From: Bacteroidota bacterium
GTDB taxonomy: Bacteria; Bacteroidota; Bacteroidia; Flavobacteriales_F; PHOS-HE28
DNA: 64,000 bases
Direction: 5' to 3'
Assembly (NCBI GenBank): GCA_014584605.1
Contig: JACTMO010000027.1
Location: 11,690-75,689 of the forward strand
Positions 34,351 to 44,768 of the stretch are shown here, piece by piece (position 1 is the first letter of the stretch; the number at the start of each line of letters is the position of its first letter). The translations under genes were made by a program, and so were the position numbers. The notes beneath the pieces were generated by a model. That model saw nothing but the letters and a program-made list of their open reading frames with translations, did no database searches and had not been told where the DNA came from.

Positions 34351-35687
34351 GCCTGCCCGGAACGGCATCGGTGCTGCTGGTGGACGACGCGCGCGACATG
34401 CTGGAGCTGCTGCGCCGGAGCGTCAATGCCATGGGCCTCACCCCCTTCACCGCCGACAACGCCGTGGACGCCATCGGCCTTCTGGAACAAGGTCCGGTGG
34501 ACGTGGTCATCACCGACCTGAACATGCCCGGCGTCAGCGGCATTCAGCTGGTGCGGTACCTGGGCGAACGCCATCCGGACATCCCGGTGCTGGTGATCAC
34601 GGGCTACCCCCGGTTGGAGGACGCCGTTCAGGTGATGAAGCTGGGGGCCGTGGAGTACCTCGTGAAGCCCTTCACGCAGGAGGAGCTGCGCCAGGCCGTG
34701 GAGCGCGTGCTGCGCACCATCGGTGCCCGTGCGGCCGGTGCCCCGAAGGCCGTTGAGGCGCGAGAAGGCTTCCACGGGCTTCTGGGCCGTTCGCCCGCCA
34801 TGCAGGAGGTGTACCGCGTGATCGACAGGACGCGGAACAACAGGGCTACCGTGCTGGTGACCGGGGAGAGCGGCACGGGCAAGGAGATGGTGGCCCGCGC
34901 CATCCACTACAACAGCACCAGCGCCGCCTCCCCCTTCATCGCGGTGAATTGTGGCGCCATCCCCGACCAGCTGATGGAGAGCGAGCTCTTCGGCCACATG
35001 AAGGGTGCCTTCACCGGGGCCACCACCAGCCGGGCAGGCTTCTTCCAGGCCGCCGATGGGGGCACCCTTTTCCTGGACGAGATCGGCAACGCCAGCCCGG
35101 CGGTGCAGGCCAAGCTGCTGCGCGCCATCCAGGACAAGGAGATCACCATGCTGGGGGCCACCCGGCCCCAGCGCGTGGACGTGCGGCTGATCTCGGCCGC
35201 CAACAACGACCTGCCCGCGATGATCCGTCAGGGCGGCTTCCGCGAGGACCTGTACTACCGCCTGAACCTCATCCACATCCACCTGCCGCCCCTGCGCAAC
35301 CGTACCGAGGACCTTCCCCAGCTGGTGGATCACTTCAACCATCGCTTCAGCAAGGAGCTGGGCAAGGCCCCGTTGCGCATCGCCACCCCGGTCCTGGAGG
35401 CCTTCGCGGCCTACCCCTGGCCGGGCAACGTGCGCGAGCTGGAGCATCTGGTGCATCGCCTGGCGATCCTCAAGGACGGGGCCGTCGCCCCGTCGGACCT
35501 GCCGGCGCACATGCTCTCGCCCGCTCCGCAGCCCGCTGCACCCCATGCCCTGATGAGCCTGGCCGAAATGGAGCGCCAGTACATCCGGCAGGTGTTGGAG
35601 GGGGTCGGGCACAACAAAACGAAGGCGGCGGAGATCCTGGGGATCGACCGAAAGACCTTGCGCGGGAAGCTGAAAGACCCGGGGTGA
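34347..35687 (+). CDS. Sigma54-dependent response regulator (NtrC family: REC + AAA+ + Fis HTH)
   Basis: REC domain (VLLVDDA, VVITDLNMPGVSG, KPF). Walker A GESGTGKE. Sigma54-contact loop GAFTGA. HTH NKTKAAEILGIDRKTLRGKL. The ATG overlaps the kinase stop (ATGA). Confidence 0.9.
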   Translation: MSLPGTASVLLVDDARDMLELLRRSVNAMGLTPFTADNAVDAIGLLEQGPVDVVITDLNMPGVSGIQLVRYLGERHPDIPVLVITGYPRLEDAVQVMKLGAVEYLVKPFTQEELRQAVERVLRTIGARAAGAPKAVEAREGFHGLLGRSPAMQEVYRVIDRTRNNRATVLVTGESGTGKEMVARAIHYNSTSAASPFIAVNCGAIPDQLMESELFGHMKGAFTGATTSRAGFFQAADGGTLFLDEIGNASPAVQAKLLRAIQDKEITMLGATRPQRVDVRLISAANNDLPAMIRQGGFREDLYYRLNLIHIHLPPLRNRTEDLPQLVDHFNHRFSKELGKAPLRIATPVLEAFAAYPWPGNVRELEHLVHRLAILKDGAVAPSDLPAHMLSPAPQPAAPHALMSLAEMERQYIRQVLEGVGHNKTKAAEILGIDRKTLRGKLKDPG

Positions 35688-35838
35688 TCCGCCCCGGCCG
35701 GGGCCGTTCGCCCCGCAGCCTGCTTTCCGATCCCGGAACCATGCCGACGATGTCGCGAACGCCTTGTTTTCGTTATTTCGCTGCCTCTCAGCCGATCGCG
35801 TATCGCGCCCCGACGCATGAAGGAACATCGTGACCGAT

Positions 35839-35854
35839 CGGCACAGCCCTTGGC
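35839..35854 (+). promoter_or_regulatory. Weak sigma54-like element CGGCACAGCCCTTGGC upstream of the Cys-rich mini-ORF
   Basis: GGCAC-N5-TTGG. The -24 half is good, but the -12 reads TTGG instead of TTGC, or GC shifted by 1 nt. It lies 25 nt before the ATG at 35879, directly downstream of a sigma54 activator gene. Confidence 0.3.
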
Positions 35855-35878
35855 TTGGGCCGCGCGCCAACCGCGCCC

Positions 35879-36139
35879 ATGCACCAGCCGATCGCTCCCA
35901 TCCCGCTCTGTACCAACTGCGTTCACCGCGGCCGTTGCACCTTTGAACGCCGTGCGGCGGGCCCCGTCCTCTTCTGTGAACTGCACACCATGCCCCCTGC
36001 GCCCGTACGGCTCCCGGTCCGCCCGGGCCCCGCACCGGCCATGGCGGTCGGCGGGCTTTGCAGCACCTGCGATAACCGGGACCACTGTGCGCTCCGTAAA
36101 CAGGACCGCATCATCCTGCACTGCGAACATTACCGATAG
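35879..36139 (+). CDS. 86-aa Cys-rich protein made of two tandem C-x2-C-x5-C-x(11-12)-C-E-x-[HY] modules (function unknown)
   Basis: The sequence is MHQPIAPIPLCTNCVHRGRCTFERRAAGPVLFCELH...GLCSTCDNRDHCALRKQDRIILHCEHYR. The two modules align residue by residue. Codon third positions are mostly G/C. The ORF ends 24 nt before gdh. Confidence 0.5.
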   Translation: MHQPIAPIPLCTNCVHRGRCTFERRAAGPVLFCELHTMPPAPVRLPVRPGPAPAMAVGGLCSTCDNRDHCALRKQDRIILHCEHYR

Positions 36140-36163
36140 GAACCTCTGAAGGAACAACCAACC

Positions 36164-37456
36164 ATGCAACCTGAAACAGCGGCGAAACACGCCGAGAAAA
36201 GACAAGGCATGTACAAGGTCGTGATGGACCAGTTCGAGCATGCCGCGGACATCATGGGCCTGGACCCCGGTGTGCGGAAGATCCTGGCCAAGACCAACAG
36301 CGAGATCGTGGTCCACTTCCCGGTGAAGCTGGACAACGGTACCATCGAGGTCTTCACCGGGTACCGCGTACAGCACAACAATGCGCTCGGGCCCTACAAG
36401 GGCGGCCTGCGCTACCACCAGACGGTGGACCTGGACTCGGCGCGTGCCCTGGCCATCTGGATGACCTGGAAGACCGCGCTGGCCGGCCTGCCCTACGGCG
36501 GTGGCAAAGGCGGCGTGGAGATCAACCCCAAATTGTACTCCAAGGGTGAGCTGGAGCGCATCACGCGCAGGTTCACTTACGCGTTGGGCGACAACATCGG
36601 TCCCGATCTGGACATCCCGGCGCCCGACGTGAACACCAACCCGCAGATCATGGCCTGGATCGCCGACACATACTCCAGCACCAAGTCACCGGCCACGCGC
36701 TTCGCCAACCTGCACGTGGTGACCGGCAAGCCGCTGGGTGCGGGCGGCCTGGAGGGTCGCGACCGCGCCACCGGTTTCGGTGTGGTGGCCACCCTGAAGG
36801 CCTGGTCCAAGCGCAAGGGCAAGACCCTCAAGGGCATGCGCTTCATCGTGCAGGGCTTCGGCAATGTGGGCTATTGGACGGCGCACTTCCTCACCAAGGA
36901 AGGAGCGGTGCTGATCGCCGTGCAGGACGCCAGTTCCACCATCCACGACCCGAAGGGCATCGATCCCGAGGACCTGAACCGCCACGTGGAGGCCAACAAC
37001 CGCAGCATCACCGGCTATCCGAAGGCCGCCACCATGGACCCCGCAGGCTTTTTCGGCCTGGCGTGCGACATCGTGGTGCCCGCCGCCCTGGGCAACCAGA
37101 TCACTGCGGCCAATGCCGGTGGCATCAAGGCCCAGGTGGTGGCCGAAGGCGCCAACGGCCCCACCGACACCGAAGGTGAGGCCATCCTGCGCGCCAACGG
37201 TGTGGACATCATCCCGGACATCCTGTGCAACAGCGGCGGGGTGATCGGCAGCTACTACGAGTGGCTGCAGAACAAACGCAGCGAGATCTGGAAGATCGAC
37301 GAGGTGCTGGGCATGATCCAGGACAAGGTGATCACGGCCTTCGACCAGGTGGTGAACACCGCCGAGGAGTTCAATGCGAACTGGCGCGACAGCGCCTACA
37401 TCGTGGCCCTGCGGCGTCTGGAGAAAACCTACATGGAACGCGGCATCTTCCCGTAG
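36164..37456 (+). CDS. gdhA: Glutamate dehydrogenase (Glu/Leu/Phe/Val dehydrogenase family)
   Basis: GPYKGGLRYH, LPYGGGKGGV (catalytic Lys region), and Rossmann FIVQGFGNVG. Confidence 0.9.
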   Translation: MQPETAAKHAEKRQGMYKVVMDQFEHAADIMGLDPGVRKILAKTNSEIVVHFPVKLDNGTIEVFTGYRVQHNNALGPYKGGLRYHQTVDLDSARALAIWMTWKTALAGLPYGGGKGGVEINPKLYSKGELERITRRFTYALGDNIGPDLDIPAPDVNTNPQIMAWIADTYSSTKSPATRFANLHVVTGKPLGAGGLEGRDRATGFGVVATLKAWSKRKGKTLKGMRFIVQGFGNVGYWTAHFLTKEGAVLIAVQDASSTIHDPKGIDPEDLNRHVEANNRSITGYPKAATMDPAGFFGLACDIVVPAALGNQITAANAGGIKAQVVAEGANGPTDTEGEAILRANGVDIIPDILCNSGGVIGSYYEWLQNKRSEIWKIDEVLGMIQDKVITAFDQVVNTAEEFNANWRDSAYIVALRRLEKTYMERGIFP

Positions 37457-37457
37457 C

Positions 37458-38558
37458 ATGCAGCATCTGGGGGTATTGAAAGAGGGTGAGCGCCGCCGCC
37501 TGGTGGCGCTCGCCCCTGCCGGCGTGCAGCGGCTCGCGAAGCATTTGAAGGTGAGCGTGCAGCGCGGTGCCGGCCGTGCGGCCGGGTACTCCGATGATTC
37601 CTTTGAGCAGGCCGGAGCCACCCTGGTGGAGCATCGCGACGACATCCTGCGGAACTGCGACGTGGTGCTGGGCCACGACAGCCACTACCGCGGAGAGGAC
37701 CTCGGCGCTCTGAAGACCTTCATCGGCTTCCACAACGTGCTGAACGATCGGTCCGTGGTGGATCCCTACAAACGGCCGGGCATCACGCTGTACAGTCTGG
37801 ACCTGATCCCGCGCACCACCCTGGCCCAGGCCATGGACGTGCTGTCCTCGGTGGCCTCCATCAGCGGCTACCAGGCCGTGCTGCTCGCAGCCGAACGATC
37901 GCTGGCCACCGTGCCGATGATCACCAGTGCGGGCGGGACCTTGCGCCCGGCTCGCTTCCTGATCATGGGCGCCGGGGTGGCCGGCCTGCAGGCCATCGCC
38001 ACTGCCCGCCGCCTGGGAGCCATCGTCCGCGCCTTCGACGTGCGATCGGCCTCCCGTACAGAGGTGGAAAGCCTCGGCGCCACCTTCATCGATGTCGAGG
38101 GGACCATGGAGGACAAAAAGGCGGGCGGCTACGCCGTGGAGCAGAGCGCCGCCCAGCTGGAGCGCGTGCGCAAGGTGATCCACCTGGAGGCCGTCCTGGC
38201 CGACGTGATCATCACCACGGCCAAGGTGCCGGGAAAGCGGGCCCCGCTGCTGATCACCGAGGACATGGTGCGGAGCATGAAGCCCGGGGCCGTGGTCGTG
38301 GACCTTGCGGCCGCCACCGGTGGCAACTGCGCCCTCACCGAACCCGATGCCGTGACCATGCGCGGGGAGGTGACCATCCTCGGCCCCACCGCCATCGAGT
38401 GCAGTTGCGCCCATTCCACCTCCTTCCTCCTGTCCAACAACTACACCACCTTCATCGAGCACCTGCTCAAGAACGCGGACGATCCCGAGGACGACATCCT
38501 CAAGGGTACCTGCGTGGTGCGCAATGGGGAGGTGGTCAACGCGCGTTACCTCGCCTGA
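37458..38558 (+). CDS. pntA: NAD(P) transhydrogenase subunit alpha, part 1 (dI)
   Basis: Start MQHLGVLKE, 1 nt after the gdh stop. AlaDH/PNT domain with IMGAGVAGLQAIATARRLGA. Confidence 0.85.
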   Translation: MQHLGVLKEGERRRLVALAPAGVQRLAKHLKVSVQRGAGRAAGYSDDSFEQAGATLVEHRDDILRNCDVVLGHDSHYRGEDLGALKTFIGFHNVLNDRSVVDPYKRPGITLYSLDLIPRTTLAQAMDVLSSVASISGYQAVLLAAERSLATVPMITSAGGTLRPARFLIMGAGVAGLQAIATARRLGAIVRAFDVRSASRTEVESLGATFIDVEGTMEDKKAGGYAVEQSAAQLERVRKVIHLEAVLADVIITTAKVPGKRAPLLITEDMVRSMKPGAVVVDLAAATGGNCALTEPDAVTMRGEVTILGPTAIECSCAHSTSFLLSNNYTTFIEHLLKNADDPEDDILKGTCVVRNGEVVNARYLA

Positions 38559-38699
38559 GAACAGGGGAAGAAGGCGTCCGGAGCACCACCGCCGACCGGG
38601 ACGACCCCTGACCCGGTCCACCATGGCCGACGTGCGTCCTTGGCGCAGCATCCGCACCATTCCCTGCCACATCCCATCTTTACCGACCATTCACCTCCC

Positions 38700-39020
38700 A
38701 TGGACTTCACGTACCACATCACGGCCATCGATGGTCTCTTCATCCTCGCCATGAGCCTGCTGCTCGGCTTCGAGGTCATCAAGAACGTGCCGGCGGTGCT
38801 GCACACGCCCCTGATGTCCGGCTCGAACGCGATCAGCGGCATCATCCTCTTCGGGGGCCTGATCCAGCTGATGAGCACGCCGCCGGACCGCGTGTGGGTG
38901 CTGCTCTTCGCCTCCATCGCGGTGCTGCTGGGGTCCATGAACATCTCGGGCGGTTTTTTCGTCACCCACCGCATGCTCTCCATGTTCCAGGTGAACAAGA
39001 AGAAGCCGGTGAACAAGTGA
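38700..39020 (+). CDS. NAD(P) transhydrogenase subunit alpha, part 2 (membrane dII fragment)
   Basis: Start MDFTYHITAIDGLFILAMS. About 106 aa with three TM helices (LHTPLMSGSNAISGIILFGG). Confidence 0.8.
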   Translation: MDFTYHITAIDGLFILAMSLLLGFEVIKNVPAVLHTPLMSGSNAISGIILFGGLIQLMSTPPDRVWVLLFASIAVLLGSMNISGGFFVTHRMLSMFQVNKKKPVNK

Positions 39021-39144
39021 TCCCGGATCGCGGTCCCGGGCGCGCGCCCCTGCCACGAACAGCAGAGACCGGCCCTTGCACCGGTGCCGTGCTCCTCGTC
39101 CCCTCCCCCACGCCCCCGAACAACAACAGCATATCGCCCCCCGC

Positions 39145-40527
39145 ATGGAGTTCCTGTTCCTCGCCGCCACGATCGGCCTGATCCTCGGCCTGAAGTTCAT
39201 GGGCGACCCCGCCCGGGCCGTGCTCGGCAACGCCGTGGCCGCCTTCAGCGTGGTGACCGCACTGATCGGCGTGATCATCACATCGTATGCACCGGAGAAG
39301 GGGGGCGGCACCTTCAACATCGTGCTGGTGGTGGCCCTGCTCGCCGCCGGGGGCATCATCGGCCGGGTGATGGCCGTGCGCGTACCGATGACCGGCATGC
39401 CGCAGCTGGTGGCGATGCTCAACGGTTTCGGGGGCCTCGCCGCCGTGGTGATCGCCCTGATCGAAGGGATCGCACACCCCATCGGTGACGACATGCGCCT
39501 GACCGGCGGGCTGTTGCTGTTGAGCGCTGTTTTCGGCGGCGTGGCCTTCACCGGCAGCCTGGTGGCGCACTCCAAGCTGGAGGGTAAGAAGCTGCCCAAG
39601 GCCAGGCCCGTACACATCATGGCCGCCCGGGTGCTGTTGTGGTGCATGGTGGCCCTCTTCGTGGCCTACATGGTGGTCCCTGCGCCGTTCATGTCCTTCC
39701 CCTCGCTGCTGATCCTGATCACCGTGCTCTCGCTCATCTACGGGGCCCTCTTCACCCTGCCCATCGGCGGGGCGGACATGCCGGTGCTGATCTGCTTCCT
39801 GGTGGCGCTGCACGGCCTGGTGGCCCTGCTGGCGGGCCTGTTCTTCCACGACACGGTGATGCTCATCGGCGGTGTGCTGGTGGGTGCCACGGGGTCCCTG
39901 CTCACCCTGGCCATGAGCAAGGCCATGAACCGCACGCTGCGCAGCGTGCTTGCGGGGGTGATCAAGCGCGACACAGGCACCAGCGACCGCGAGCAGGACA
40001 TCCGTCCGATCAGCGCGCCAGAGACCGCCTCCCTGCTGGCCTTCAGCAAGCAGGTGGCCATCGTGCCGGGCTACGGCATGGCCGTGAGCCAGGCCCAGGG
40101 CGTATGCCAGGAGATGCAGGTGCTGCTGGAGCGCATGGGCGCCACCGTGCACTACATCATCCACCCCGTGGCCGGACGCATGCCGGGCCACATGAACGTG
40201 CTGCTGGCCGAGGCCAACGTGGATTACGACAAGATCATCGCCATGGAGGACGCCAACGACGTGATGGACCGCTACGACGCCGTGCTGGTCATCGGTGCCA
40301 ACGACGTGGTGAACCCTGCGGCCGAGACCGACCCGGGTTCTTCCATCCACGGCATGCCCATCATCCGCGCCTATGCCGCCAAGCAGGTCATCGTGCTCAA
40401 GCGCGGCATGGCCACGGGCTATTCGGGCGAGATGAACCTGCTGTTCGACCGCGCCAACTGCCGTCTGCTCTTCGGCGACGCCCGCGGAAGCCTGCGCGCC
40501 ATCATCGACGAACTCAAACGCATCTGA
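39145..40527 (+). CDS. pntB: NAD(P) transhydrogenase subunit beta
   Basis: Start MEFLFLAATIGLILGLKFMG. Membrane dII plus the dIII NADP(H) domain (GYGMAVSQAQ, HPVAGRMPGHMNVLLAEA, GANDVVNPAA). Confidence 0.9.
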   Translation: MEFLFLAATIGLILGLKFMGDPARAVLGNAVAAFSVVTALIGVIITSYAPEKGGGTFNIVLVVALLAAGGIIGRVMAVRVPMTGMPQLVAMLNGFGGLAAVVIALIEGIAHPIGDDMRLTGGLLLLSAVFGGVAFTGSLVAHSKLEGKKLPKARPVHIMAARVLLWCMVALFVAYMVVPAPFMSFPSLLILITVLSLIYGALFTLPIGGADMPVLICFLVALHGLVALLAGLFFHDTVMLIGGVLVGATGSLLTLAMSKAMNRTLRSVLAGVIKRDTGTSDREQDIRPISAPETASLLAFSKQVAIVPGYGMAVSQAQGVCQEMQVLLERMGATVHYIIHPVAGRMPGHMNVLLAEANVDYDKIIAMEDANDVMDRYDAVLVIGANDVVNPAAETDPGSSIHGMPIIRAYAAKQVIVLKRGMATGYSGEMNLLFDRANCRLLFGDARGSLRAIIDELKRI

Positions 40528-40529
40528 CC

Positions 40530-40943
40530 ATGGAGAACCCCCGCCTCATCATTTCCGTGAAGGAGCGCGACCTGATGCGCTCCTGGATCATCGGCCACAC
40601 GGCACCGGACATCCAGGTGCGCGACAGCCTGGACCGCCTGTACAAGGAGCTGGAGACCGCCGACGTTCGCCAGGAGGAGGACATGCCCGCCGACGTGGTC
40701 CGGGTGTGCAGCGTGGTGGACGTGGGCATGCCCGCCGGCCGCAAGAACGGCCTGCAGCTCGTGATGCATGCTGATGCCGACCTCAAGCAGAACAAGCTCT
40801 CGGTGCTCTCGGTGCTGGGCAGCGCGCTCATCGGCTACCGCCAGGGCGCCCGCATCGTCTGGAGGCTCCCGCAAGGCGACCAGACGATCATCCTGGAGCG
40901 GGTGGACAACTCGCGCTGCGGCATGGACGCCCTGGGCGCTTAG
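40530..40943 (+). CDS. rnk: GreA/GreB C-terminal-domain protein, Rnk-like (regulator of nucleoside diphosphate kinase)
   Basis: 137 aa. It has a short N-terminal coiled region and a GreA/B C-terminal FKBP-like pattern (VVRVCSVVDV...KLSVLSVLGSALIGYRQGARIVW). It starts 3 nt after the pntB stop. Confidence 0.65.
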   Translation: MENPRLIISVKERDLMRSWIIGHTAPDIQVRDSLDRLYKELETADVRQEEDMPADVVRVCSVVDVGMPAGRKNGLQLVMHADADLKQNKLSVLSVLGSALIGYRQGARIVWRLPQGDQTIILERVDNSRCGMDALGA

Positions 40944-41108
40944 TGTGGTGGCCCCGAAGTTGGTTAACTGAAGATCCGCCCCTATTTCGTCTTCATGCAA
41001 GGCGGAACATGCGCGGCGTAGCGGACGCTACGGCGAAGTGTTCCAACGCGGCAGGAAGGCCAAAGAGGGGTGGTGATGGATAATGAACTTAGGGGACGCC
41101 ACACTTAG
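40939..41108. repeat. 170-bp nested inverted-repeat element (MITE-like or bidirectional terminator) between convergent rnk and tpl
   Basis: The outer arms are CTTAGTGTGGTGGCCCCGAAGTT (40939-40961) and AACTTAGGGGACGCCACACTTAG (41086-41108), complementary at 19 of 23 positions. An inner hairpin at 41004-41044 reads GGAACA...CGGCGTAGCG-GA-CGCTACGGCG...TGTTCC. Confidence 0.5.
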
Positions 41109-41137
41109 GAATGGACGCGCCCTCGGGCGCTCCTCCC

Positions 41138-44388
<3,251 letters not shown>

Positions 44389-44420
44389 CGTGCGAAGGTC
44401 CCGGTATCCCCAAAGCCGGA

Positions 44421-44445
44421 ATATGATGTTTGTCAGTCAATGAAG
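44421..44445 (+). promoter_or_regulatory. AT-rich patch ATATGATGTTTGTCAGTCAATGAAG in the 611-aa gene/norZ divergent region, related to the 30461 and 32005 motifs
   Basis: It contains GATGTTTGTC. This is the only AT-rich stretch in a 380-bp GC-rich intergenic region. Confidence 0.25.
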
Positions 44446-44768
44446 CACGGAGGATCTGGTCTCCCTTTCCGCGAAAAACGTATGGGCCCTGTCTGGCGCG
44501 GGCACGGGACGGTCGGCCTGTCCCGCACGCTCCACCGGGATGGATGCGCGTTCCCGGGCCTCAGGCCCCTTCAACACCGCTTCTCGCGTCAGGCGTTCAC
44601 ATGGTCTGCACCTCGTTCCACACGGCGCGAGGAGCAGGTCGCATCGGGCCCTCCCCACGCCTGATACGGCTCAGCCCGTCCGCTTCCTCACCGGAGCACT
44701 TTGGTCCGGCCGCGCAGGCACGGAGAGATGCCGTCCATCCTCCGCTTCAGGCCCGCGCAGCAACACCC

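Noticed and set aside
44716-44731. Sigma54-like AGGCACGGAGAGATGC upstream of norZ as a confident promoter call.
   Set aside because: The GG-to-GC spacing is 11 nt rather than the invariant 10, and the -12 region lacks TTGC. It is kept only as a remark within the norZ-leader finding, not as a feature.
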